DNA of 32,000 bases from Candidatus Babelota bacterium (GTDB lineage Bacteria > Babelota > Babeliae > Babelales > Vermiphilaceae), in assembly GCA_039809905.1 (NCBI GenBank), contig JBDHVY010000001.1:600001-632000 (forward strand), in the 5' to 3' direction. How positions within the stretch are numbered: the first letter of the stretch is position 1; every line of letters starts with the position of its first letter. Of this stretch, positions 1 to 8,649 are shown in pieces. The notes under the pieces were generated by a model. That model was not told where the DNA came from. It ran no database searches and was given only the letters and a program-made list of their open reading frames with translations. Both the position numbers and the translations under genes were made by a program.

Positions 1-828
1 ATAGAAAATATAGCGAAAAGCAGAAAAACTCTATCTATTGGGTTAGTTGCAAAATATGTTGGCAGCAATGATCCTTATATTAGCGTTATTGAAGCGATTA
101 AATCCTCTGCGTATAATCTGAATTATCACGTTAAAATAGTTACTATTGAGGCAGAGCGTTTAGAAAAAGAATTCAATAACCAAGATTCCAGTAGTTCATG
201 GAAAGATTTAAAAACTGTTGATGGGATTGTTGTACCTGGTGGATTTGACTCACGTGGGGTTGAAGGAAAAATTTTAGCTTGTAAATGGGCTCGAGAAAAT
301 AAAGTTCCGTATCTCGGTCTTTGTCTTGGTATGCAGATTATGATTATAGAAGGTGCTCGTTCCTTGTTACATTTAAACAAAGCTAATAGTACTGAATTTG
401 ATGCCACAACAGCTGATCCGGTAATTTGTTTAATGGATGAGCAGCAGCATATAAAAACTAAGGGGGCAAATATGAGATTAGGTTCTTATGTTTGCACAAT
501 TGACAAAAATACCCTTGCTTATGATGCATATAAAACCAATGAAGTAAAAGAAAGACACAGACATAGATATGAAGTTAATAAAAAATACAAAGAAAGCTTT
601 GAAAAAGCAGGATTTGTTTTCTCCGGAATCCACACTGATATGGATTTAGTTGAGATCACAGAAGTTAAAGATCATCCGTTTATGATTGGTTCTCAGTTTC
701 ATCCTGAGTTTCAATCATCACCAATTAATGTGCATCCGCTATTTAATAAGTTCATGGAAGTTGTGGCAAATATCGGTACTGTCAACCGACAGTGTACTCA
801 AGACAGTCATTTTATAAGAAAAAGTTGA
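1..828 (+). CDS. pyrG: CTP synthase, C-terminal part (glutaminase domain), truncated by window start
   Basis: Frame 1 is open from base 1; translation contains SIGLVAKYVG..DPYISVIEAI, VDGIVVPGGFDSRGVEGKILACKWARENKVPYLGLCLGMQ and HPEFQSSP, typical of the CTP synthase glutamine amidotransferase domain. Confidence 0.96.
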   Translation: MENIAKSRKTLSIGLVAKYVGSNDPYISVIEAIKSSAYNLNYHVKIVTIEAERLEKEFNNQDSSSSWKDLKTVDGIVVPGGFDSRGVEGKILACKWARENKVPYLGLCLGMQIMIIEGARSLLHLNKANSTEFDATTADPVICLMDEQQHIKTKGANMRLGSYVCTIDKNTLAYDAYKTNEVKERHRHRYEVNKKYKESFEKAGFVFSGIHTDMDLVEITEVKDHPFMIGSQFHPEFQSSPINVHPLFNKFMEVVANIGTVNRQCTQDSHFIRKS

Positions 829-893
829 TCTATAAGAGATCTGATAGTTATAAAAATATTTTTTGTTGCTTTTCGCTGTTTTTGAAATAAAAC

Positions 894-922
894 AACACTG
901 ATTATGCAAAAACAGTGTTTTC
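894..922 (+). terminator. Probable intrinsic terminator after pyrG
   Basis: AACACTG (894-900) / CAGTGTT (913-919) stem followed by a short T-rich run. Confidence 0.5.
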
Positions 923-1017
923 TTATGGACTTTTTTTTGTTGTTGCACAAAAAATTTTAAAAAAAAATTGTTTTTCGATTGTGCATGTTTAAAATTGTTA
1001 ATGCTTTAATATTAGAT

Positions 1018-1260
1018 TTCCTTTTATTAGTGGTTAGTTAAAGGGAATGGTTGAAAAAGCACTGTTTTTAGTGACGAGATAATGGATTATGTTTTTAGGT
1101 TATTATACTACAATTTCTTCTTAGCTCATTTAAAGATATAGTCTATTATCTCATTACCCTGACCCCAATTTACGTAAGAGCTTCAATTGGGGACCTCGTC
1201 AAGAAAGACAAAATTTTTTGCTCAGTTAATCCATCCCGAGTTTACTTCGGGTTTTTTTGT
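1018..1260 (+). ncRNA. Candidate structured small RNA of unknown class
   Basis: Noncoding region with GACGAG(1073-1078)/CTCGTC(1195-1200), ATAATGG(1079-1085)/CTATTAT(1143-1149), CCCCAATT/AATTGGGG (about 1163-1192), ending in a hairpin plus T-run at 1235-1258. No known RNA family recognised. Confidence 0.35.
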
Positions 1261-2110
1261 TAATTAAGCCTTCTAGAGTATCCATATTTTTTCTATCATC
1301 GGAAAGTTCTGTTTTGGGAGTTTCAAGAATTTTTGGAACATCAAAAAAGCGTGGATCATTAAAAAGAAGCTCAAAAGCTTTCAATCCTATTTTTCCTGTT
1401 CCTATGTCTGCGTGGCGATCAACTCGTGATCCAAGATCTTTAAGAGAATCATTGAGATGAATAGCCTTAATTTTATTGATTCCAATTATTTTATCGAATT
1501 GTTCCCACATATGGTTGTAAGTTTTTTCTGTTCTAAAGTCATAGCCGGCGGCAAATGCATGGCATGTATCAAAGCAAACACCAATTCTTTTTTTATGATG
1601 AGAAAGATCGATGATCTGAGCAAGTTGTTCAAATGTATAGCCGATTTGACTCCCTTGACCTGCCATTGTTTCTAATAAAATGGTGCCATGATGAACTTTT
1701 TCAAGCAATAAGTCTATATTTTTACTAATTTTTTCAATGCAGGATTGTTCATCTCCACTTGTATATGAGCCGGGATGAAGAACAAGGTAAGGTATGCCAA
1801 GATCAGCACATCGTTTAAATTCTACTTCAAGAGCCTCAAAAGACTTTTTTTCGGCCTCATGGCTTGGTGAACCAATATTAAGAAGGTATGATGCATGAAC
1901 AATAATTGATTGTATTGAGGAATTGCTCCACGTTTGCTTGAACATATCTATAGCTTCTTTTTCAAGTGGTTTTGCCTGCCATTGACGGTTACTTTTTGTA
2001 AATATTTGTATTGCAGTGCATCCAATTGATTCACCTCTCTCTATGGATCGCTGTATTTCTCCCGCTATGGACATATGGGCACCAAATAAAAGAGCATGTT
2101 GTTTTTTCAT
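1226..2110 (-). CDS. nfo: Endonuclease IV (AP endonuclease)
   Basis: Motifs LLFGAHMSIAGE, GCTAIQIFTKSNRQW, LVLHPGSYTSG, LETMAGQGSQIGYTFEQLAQIID, GVCFDTCHAFAAGYDFRT, IKAIHLNDSLKDLGSRVDRHADIGTGKIG. ORF is open from 2161, but ATG at 2110 is preceded by an AAGGA-like ribosome binding site. Confidence 0.95.
   Translation of the reverse strand: MKKQHALLFGAHMSIAGEIQRSIERGESIGCTAIQIFTKSNRQWQAKPLEKEAIDMFKQTWSNSSIQSIIVHASYLLNIGSPSHEAEKKSFEALEVEFKRCADLGIPYLVLHPGSYTSGDEQSCIEKISKNIDLLLEKVHHGTILLETMAGQGSQIGYTFEQLAQIIDLSHHKKRIGVCFDTCHAFAAGYDFRTEKTYNHMWEQFDKIIGINKIKAIHLNDSLKDLGSRVDRHADIGTGKIGLKAFELLFNDPRFFDVPKILETPKTELSDDRKNMDTLEGLINKKTRSKLGMD
1235..1259 (+). terminator. Intrinsic terminator
   Basis: CCCGA gtttact TCGGG followed by TTTTTTT. 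Confidence 0.65.
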
Positions 2111-2256
2111 GAAAATCCTTTTGCAACTAGGGTTTTTTGATTGACAAATTAGTCTAATCAAGTACGATTTATTATGAGAGTAATCTATTGTAGCTCCATT
2201 ATATCGATTTTTTTACATTCTATCTGTTTTTATTACACCAGGAAATAAAGGAAGAC

Positions 2257-4188
2257 ATGCGCATTAAGCAACACGTGTTAGTAATTGCTATAATACAGCT
2301 TTTTTTTACTAACTTTTTAAACGCTGAGTTAGTTACCACATATAATGATGTTAGATTGGGCTTTTCTGGAGTATTTAAACCAGAAACATTTTATGGCAAA
2401 AATATTAACTGGCTTAATAACGATAATGATTTCGATAAAGTGTATTTTTCTCGTCAGACCTTTGATTTAACTGCTGATGTTCAGTATGGAGAAAAAACAT
2501 ACGGAGATAAGGTATTAGAGTTTCTTTTTCAGGTTCGTAATAAAGGCGTGTGGGGTAATCCTGAAAGCATAGCAAGTACAACATTCGGTGATATAAAAGT
2601 ACTTAATGCTATTAGAGGAACTCATAAACACGGATTCCCTCGTCATATATTTTGGATTAGACAAATATGGTTACAGTTTAATCTTAATCAAGCAGCTAAC
2701 TTGCCATTTGAAAATATACATACATTTACGCTTGGAGCCTTTCCATTCCAACTTGGACGTGGTATTGCACTTGGTGATGCTTATGCAGTTGGAGCTGAAA
2801 CGCTTGGATTCTGGGCTGATAGTGCTATCGATCAATATGCATTCGGTGTAAAATTTTCAGGAGATATTTTCCGCAAAGTTTTATCATACGATTTATATAC
2901 CGCGATTTTACAAAATAACAGTGGAAGCTTGGCTGATACAGAAAAAACGGTTCTTGCGCAAGAATTTGGTGGTATTACTAATCCTCAGCGTGGATTTGGC
3001 AAAGTAAATTATATTGTTGCAGGTCGTCTGAACTGGACAGCTTTTGATAATGATTGGCTTGGTAAATTAACGCTTGAACCGTATGGTTTATATAATAATG
3101 ATCCTGAGCAAAAAATTGAATTTCCTGCTGATGCTTCAAGTAAATTAGGAACTGCGGGTTTGGCAAGTGAGTTCTATGGAAATCGCTTTGAATTTGGTTT
3201 TGATTATGCGGTAAACTTTGGTCAACAGCGAGTAAAAGGCTGGGATAGAAATATTATCAGAGAAGACAACAGAGGTGGCGTTGTTGTGCTTGTTAATGAT
3301 CAAGTAACTGCAACTTATGAAAATTTAGCGGGAGATACTGTTACTGAATCCGCGCCATTTGTGGTCAAAAGTGATGCACAAAAAATTATAGATACAACAT
3401 ATAGAGATGAATCGCAAAATGGTAAAGGAATTGGTAAAGTAACTTCTCTAGGTTATTTAACTAATGTTCCAGGATCGGAGATAACTCTTACTAATAAACC
3501 TGCACGTTTTGGTAACCCATATACGAACAAATATGAAGGTTGGATGTTTGTAACAGATGCTTCATATGCGTTTGGCAAAAAGAAAGATCTACAAGTTGCT
3601 ATAGCAGCTGGTGTTACTTCTGGTGATGATAATCCTAATTTTGAAACAAAAGATGGTACATATGATGGATTTATTGGTTTACAAGAAGTGTATTCAGGTA
3701 AACGTGTGCGAAGCGTATTCTTGCTTGGCGGAGCTGGAAAATTGAAACGATTACTTTCAACGCCTGCAGCAAGCGATGTTCAAGCGCCGAGCACGAAAGC
3801 ACAAGCAATTTCTGGATTTACCAACTTGGTATTCTGTGGTACTTCATTGAAATGGAAGCCAGCTGAGTGGAAAAAATCATTTGAAATTAATCCTAACGTA
3901 TTAGCATTATGGCAAGAACATCCAATAGGCAATGCTCGAACATTCCTTGGTGTTGAAACAGGATTGTTTATTAATTGGAGCTTGCTCAAAGATCTTAAAT
4001 TATATTGGGTTTCTTCAATGTTCTTCCCTGGTTCTCATTACAAAGATCGTATGGGTGAGCCAGTGTTAACAGAAGAAGAAAGAAATTTTGCTAACAATGA
4101 AAATCCTACAGCAATTCAAGATCGTATCGCAGGCCTTGGTAATAACGTGGCATACACGTTTAACTTGGGATTGATTTATACATTCTAA
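2257..4188 (+). CDS. Outer membrane beta-barrel/porin-like protein
   Basis: N-terminal signal peptide; 643 aa with alternating aromatic/polar strands; C-terminal NVAYTFNLGLIYTF ends with the terminal Phe typical of outer membrane barrels. Confidence 0.7.
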   Translation: MRIKQHVLVIAIIQLFFTNFLNAELVTTYNDVRLGFSGVFKPETFYGKNINWLNNDNDFDKVYFSRQTFDLTADVQYGEKTYGDKVLEFLFQVRNKGVWGNPESIASTTFGDIKVLNAIRGTHKHGFPRHIFWIRQIWLQFNLNQAANLPFENIHTFTLGAFPFQLGRGIALGDAYAVGAETLGFWADSAIDQYAFGVKFSGDIFRKVLSYDLYTAILQNNSGSLADTEKTVLAQEFGGITNPQRGFGKVNYIVAGRLNWTAFDNDWLGKLTLEPYGLYNNDPEQKIEFPADASSKLGTAGLASEFYGNRFEFGFDYAVNFGQQRVKGWDRNIIREDNRGGVVVLVNDQVTATYENLAGDTVTESAPFVVKSDAQKIIDTTYRDESQNGKGIGKVTSLGYLTNVPGSEITLTNKPARFGNPYTNKYEGWMFVTDASYAFGKKKDLQVAIAAGVTSGDDNPNFETKDGTYDGFIGLQEVYSGKRVRSVFLLGGAGKLKRLLSTPAASDVQAPSTKAQAISGFTNLVFCGTSLKWKPAEWKKSFEINPNVLALWQEHPIGNARTFLGVETGLFINWSLLKDLKLYWVSSMFFPGSHYKDRMGEPVLTEEERNFANNENPTAIQDRIAGLGNNVAYTFNLGLIYTF

Positions 4189-4212
4189 AAATAATTTGTG
4201 AAACGAATATTC

Positions 4213-4253
4213 AAAAAAAGAGTGGCGCTAAAAATATCGCCACTCTTTTTTTT
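4213..4253 (+). terminator. Intrinsic terminator
   Basis: AAAAAGAGTGGCG ... CGCCACTCTTTTTTTT hairpin immediately after the barrel protein gene. Confidence 0.9.
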
Positions 4254-4279
4254 ACAACTTTATACCGATGAAAGAAGAC

Positions 4280-5482
4280 ATGAAAAGTAAAAAATTGAGC
4301 ATGCTGGTAGGCTTGGTATTGCATATAGCAGTTGTTGCTATGGATAATCCATCTTTGCCTGAAAATCAGTTACAAATACTATGGTGGCATAAAGGAAATA
4401 GTGAGCTTTGCCAATTGTATCGAGGAGTTGGATTTGGATTAACGAAAGATTTGGAGCCAAAAATTGTTTCCACAATATTAGGTGATAATCAATGGTGGTA
4501 TTGCAAAGAAATATTTGATACAGGAACGCCTACTCATGCCGTAAAATGGAATCATAATGACACTTGTTTAGCAATTGCATCATCTGGCCATAAGGCGAAA
4601 ATATTCGATATTGAAACAAAAAAAGAGTTAGCATGCTTTAATCATGATAGTATCGTTACATCAGTAAGTTGGAACCATGATGATACTTGCTTAGTAACGG
4701 GATCACATAGCGGTAAAGTACAAATATTTGATGTTAAAAGAAAAAAAGAATTAGCCTGTTTTGGTCATCCTGATTATGTTCTTTCAGTAGATTGGAGTAA
4801 TGATGGTGCTTGTTTAGTAACGGGCTCGTTTGATCATAAGATGCGAATATTTGATATTAAAACAAAAAAAGGTTTAGTGTGTTTTAATCTTAATAATTAC
4901 GTTAACTCAGTAAGTTGGAACCATGATGATACTTGCTTAGCAATTGGATTAGGTGATCATACAGCACGAATATTTGATATTAAAGAAAGAGAAGAATTGG
5001 CGTGTTTCAATCATGAGACCTCTGTTGGATCAATAAGTTGGAATAATAATAGTACCTGTGTGGCAACGGCGTCAGGTGATAGTGAAGTGCAAATATTTAA
5101 TGTCAAAAGTAAAAAGCGATTAGCTTATTTTTATCATAGGTTTGGCGTTAAATCAGTGAGCTGGAATCATGGTAGTACATCTTTAGCAACAGGATCTTAT
5201 GATACTAAGGTACGGATATTTGAATGGCACAAAAATATAACAATAGAACAATTGCTATTAAAACATGCGCTATTGAAATGGTTACAGCTTGAAAAGCCTA
5301 ACAAAAATATAGTTGTAGGTGATATATCTACGGTGTTGGAAATACTTTTTAAGGATGTTGCGCACAAGTGTGAGCTTGATTATCAACACGAATGTATTGA
5401 TGTGTGGTTGACCTTTCCGCAGGAAATGCAAAAAGCCCTTTTTGAGACTATGCAATACAGAATCACAAAATATGGAAAGTAA
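4280..5482 (+). CDS. Secreted WD40-repeat protein
   Basis: Signal-like N-terminus (MKSKKLSMLVGLVLHIAVVAMDNP). At least six approx 41-aa repeats of type VxSVSWNHDDTCLxTGSxxxKxxIFDIKxKKELACFNH. ORF track begins at 4268; the internal start at 4280 is plausible. Confidence 0.85.
   Translation: MKSKKLSMLVGLVLHIAVVAMDNPSLPENQLQILWWHKGNSELCQLYRGVGFGLTKDLEPKIVSTILGDNQWWYCKEIFDTGTPTHAVKWNHNDTCLAIASSGHKAKIFDIETKKELACFNHDSIVTSVSWNHDDTCLVTGSHSGKVQIFDVKRKKELACFGHPDYVLSVDWSNDGACLVTGSFDHKMRIFDIKTKKGLVCFNLNNYVNSVSWNHDDTCLAIGLGDHTARIFDIKEREELACFNHETSVGSISWNNNSTCVATASGDSEVQIFNVKSKKRLAYFYHRFGVKSVSWNHGSTSLATGSYDTKVRIFEWHKNITIEQLLLKHALLKWLQLEKPNKNIVVGDISTVLEILFKDVAHKCELDYQHECIDVWLTFPQEMQKALFETMQYRITKYGK
4535..5230 (+). 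repeat. Intragenic tandem repeats, period about 123 bp (41 codons)
   Basis: Exact 34-nt match tcagtaagttggaaccatgatgatacttgcttag at 4661-4694 and 4907-4940 (spacing 246 = 2 x 123), with related copies between. Confidence 0.8.
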
Positions 5483-5529
5483 AGGTATATGTTTCATTTT
5501 AATTTTTGAAGACTTCTACTTTGCTTTAC

Positions 5530-6558
5530 TTACTCATTCAAATATTTATAAATAAATGATTCCATGTTTTTATTCATAAATTGCGCTGGAGCATTGGTAG
5601 GAAAAGAAATAGTAGATAAACTATCAGCTTTAAAACCTGGCAAAGAGAGTGAACTTGCAGTATCTTTTTCAAACCCTATAGAATTTGATAGCAGCCATTT
5701 CTCTATATTGCTGCTGTGATACGCTCCGCTACTAATAATGGATAAAGGATAACTTTCCGAAAAAGAGAGTGATTTTTGCATAATATTTATATCAATCGAG
5801 AAACAATTTTCTTCTGCTAAAGAATGATATAAATCTGTTACTTCAGTTGTATTGAGCTCCTGAATGAGGAGAAGTATGTGTTGTTCTTGACGAATATTAT
5901 ATTTTTCTAGTAGTGGAAAAAGTTTATCGTAACATTCTTGGTGATTATGTTTATTTAAAGATAAATAATGGTCTTGTCGTTCTTTAGTAAGAGGTAACCT
6001 TTGGATAAGACTACTATTTTCTTCATATCGCTTATCAAGATGTTTTAAAAAATTCTTAGTTGTTATGGTATAAAAAAAATCAGAATGTTTACGACCTCGT
6101 TTAATTTCTATAAAAATTTCATAGAAATGATAAATCATATCTCGTACCATAAAATCAATATCTGGTCTATGATCAAATGGAACAAAATTAATAGCATTAT
6201 AGTGCATGTTATTGTTAAGAGCTATTTTGATAGCTACATTTTCAGGAGAATCGAGCGTGTTTGCTTGGCGTGTTTTATCTTTGTGCGCCTCACTTATTTC
6301 AACCAAAAAGGGAACGGTATACTTGCTATTTGAGGTTATACTCAGGAGCTTGTGCATATCTTCCATGTGTCCTTTATTTACGAGTTGATTTGGCTCCCAT
6401 GCATGTCTATGACCAATCAAAATAAGTCCGGTAATTTTGTTTTGTCCAAGGCATCTTTTTAAGCACGATGCGGAGACAACCATTGCAGATGATTGAAAAT
6501 GGGCAATAAAAATAAGAGTACTAGTTACTATTGCGTATACATGCGATGAGTAATTCAT
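5530..6558 (-). CDS. Hypothetical secreted protein, possible distant TraB/ChaN-like fold
   Basis: 342-aa ORF, N-terminal hydrophobic segment, LILIGHRHAWEP near the N-terminus and ISSGAYHSSNIEKWLLSNSIGF near the C-terminus. Confidence 0.6.
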   Translation of the reverse strand: MNYSSHVYAIVTSTLIFIAHFQSSAMVVSASCLKRCLGQNKITGLILIGHRHAWEPNQLVNKGHMEDMHKLLSITSNSKYTVPFLVEISEAHKDKTRQANTLDSPENVAIKIALNNNMHYNAINFVPFDHRPDIDFMVRDMIYHFYEIFIEIKRGRKHSDFFYTITTKNFLKHLDKRYEENSSLIQRLPLTKERQDHYLSLNKHNHQECYDKLFPLLEKYNIRQEQHILLLIQELNTTEVTDLYHSLAEENCFSIDINIMQKSLSFSESYPLSIISSGAYHSSNIEKWLLSNSIGFEKDTASSLSLPGFKADSLSTISFPTNAPAQFMNKNMESFIYKYLNE

Positions 6559-6767
6559 GGGTAATTTCCGTTTATTCTTAATATAAATATGGATGCATTA
6601 TGTTAAGGTAGTCTTTTTGATAAATTTTGCAAATAGTATCAAATAATCAAGGTGATGACTGGATATACAAAAAGCCTAAGGAGCCCCTACTTTTTGTTGT
6701 TTCTTATGGTACAATTAAAATATAGATTGGCTTTATGTAATAGAAATTTAGCTGTAAGGAATTTGGT

Positions 6768-8537
6768 ATGCAAGTGTCTGGACGTACTACTGGGTGTGGT
6801 TTAGTTAATGAGCATTTTTTAAACAAGAGCGTTTCTCTTTCTGGATGGGTTCATCGTCGACGCGATCATGGTGGGCTTATTTTTGTTGATTTACGTGATC
6901 GTACCGGCTTGATGCAGCTTGTATTTAATACAGAGCTTTCTGCTCAAGTACATGAACAAGCTCATACATTACGCTCAGAATATGTTATTCACGTTGTGGG
7001 CACTGTGGTTGAACGTGCTCCTGAGACCATAAATAAAGAATTGGCAACAGGTAAATGGGAGCTGCTTGTAAGCGAAATTACCATTTTAAACAGTGCAAAA
7101 ATGCTACCTTTTTCAATCGAAAATGCTGACGTCATTGATGAAGAGCTTCGCTTAAAATATCGCTATCTTGATTTGCGCAGAGCTGAAATGCACAAAAATT
7201 TTGCGTTACGTCATAAAATTATCTATGCAATGCGTGAATTTTTAAACAAAGAAACCTTTTATGAAATTGAAACACCTATTTTAACGAAAAATACGCCTGA
7301 AGGAGCGCGTGAATTTTTGGTGCCTTCTCGATTGCACCAAGGATCTTTTTATGCGCTACCACAGTCACCACAGCTTTATAAACAGATTTTAATGTGCGGT
7401 GGCATGGAGCGGTATTTTCAAGTTGCGCGTTGCTTTAGAGATGAAGATTTGCGCGCAGATCGTCAGCCAGAATTTACTCAGCTTGATATTGAAATGTCAT
7501 TTGTTCAGGAAAGTGATATACAAAATTTGATTGAACGCTTACTGAAATATGTTTTTGAAACAGTACTTAAAAAAGAATTATCAATACCATTTAAGCGTTT
7601 AACCTATGATGAAGCATTTTCATCATATGGCTCTGATAAACCAGATTTGCGCTATGGATTAAAAATTAATGATCTTACGCAAGTATTTGCTGATACTGAA
7701 CTTAAATTTTTACGTGATGTCATTAATCGTGGTGAAAAAATTGGTGGTATTGCTGTTTCAGGGCATACGTTTACTCACTCTGAGCTTAATCGTTGGGTAG
7801 ATAAAGCACAAAAATTAGGTGCAAAAGGTTTGCTGTGGATTGATCTGGAAAGTCCTGAAAATATAAGTTCGCCGGTTTCTAAGTTTTTACCAAAAGACTT
7901 TTTTATGCGAGCAGCACAGGTATGTGAAGGCATAGTTAATGGAAGTGTTTTATTTATTGTTGCTGGTGAATATGAAGTAGCATGGGAAATTTTAGGAAGA
8001 TTACGACAAGAACTTGCAAAAGAACTTGCTATTATTCCACAAGATGAATTGAATTTTTCTTGGGTTACTGATTTTCCATTGCTTGAATATGATAAAAAAG
8101 ATAAATCTTGGAATGCAAAACATCATCCATTTACAGCACCGAGTGCTGGATGGGAAGATAAAGATCTTGGAGTAATAACAGCTCGTGCATATGATGTTGT
8201 GCTTAATGGTATTGAGCTTGGCGGTGGATCAATACGTATTCATGATCGCAAAATACAAGAAAAAGTATTTAATCTTCTTGGTTTAAGCGCAGAAGAAGTT
8301 GAATCAAAATTTGGCTTCTTGCTTGAAGCACAAGAGCTTGGTTTTCCTCCTCATGGTGGTATTGCTCTCGGTCTTGATCGTTTTATTATGTTACTGACTA
8401 ATTCGTTATCTATTCGCGAAGTGATAGCATTTCCAAAAACTGCTAGTGGATTTGATCCTATGATGGAATGTCCAACACCTGTTGAGGATAAGAAATTAAG
8501 AGATTATGGATTGCAGCTGTTGCCTACTAAAAAATAG
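6768..8537 (+). CDS. aspS: Aspartyl-tRNA synthetase
   Basis: SGWVHRRRDHGGLIFVDLRDRTGLMQLVFN, RYLDLRR, FLVPSRLHQGSFYALPQSPQLYKQILM, RCFRDEDLRADRQPEFTQLDIEMSF, GGIALGLDRFIMLLT. Confidence 0.98.
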   Translation: MQVSGRTTGCGLVNEHFLNKSVSLSGWVHRRRDHGGLIFVDLRDRTGLMQLVFNTELSAQVHEQAHTLRSEYVIHVVGTVVERAPETINKELATGKWELLVSEITILNSAKMLPFSIENADVIDEELRLKYRYLDLRRAEMHKNFALRHKIIYAMREFLNKETFYEIETPILTKNTPEGAREFLVPSRLHQGSFYALPQSPQLYKQILMCGGMERYFQVARCFRDEDLRADRQPEFTQLDIEMSFVQESDIQNLIERLLKYVFETVLKKELSIPFKRLTYDEAFSSYGSDKPDLRYGLKINDLTQVFADTELKFLRDVINRGEKIGGIAVSGHTFTHSELNRWVDKAQKLGAKGLLWIDLESPENISSPVSKFLPKDFFMRAAQVCEGIVNGSVLFIVAGEYEVAWEILGRLRQELAKELAIIPQDELNFSWVTDFPLLEYDKKDKSWNAKHHPFTAPSAGWEDKDLGVITARAYDVVLNGIELGGGSIRIHDRKIQEKVFNLLGLSAEEVESKFGFLLEAQELGFPPHGGIALGLDRFIMLLTNSLSIREVIAFPKTASGFDPMMECPTPVEDKKLRDYGLQLLPTKK

Positions 8538-8552
8538 TAAGCAAAAAAAATA

Positions 8553-8585
8553 AAAAAACACTCAATGAAAATTGAGTGTTTTTTG
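8553..8585 (+). terminator. Intrinsic terminator
   Basis: aaaaaacactcaat gaaa attgagtgtttttt after aspS. Confidence 0.85.
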
Positions 8586-8649
8586 TCATGTTCAATAAAA
8601 AATGTTATCATCGCATCATTTTAATAAATATTACAACAAAGGAGTCGGT

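Noticed and set aside
739-948. Minus-strand 69-aa ORF overlapping the pyrG 3' end
   Set aside because: Overlaps the pyrG coding end and its terminator; no domain content.
1257-1675. Short plus-strand ORFs inside nfo
   Set aside because: Antisense to well-supported endonuclease IV, low-complexity translations and no ribosome binding site evidence.
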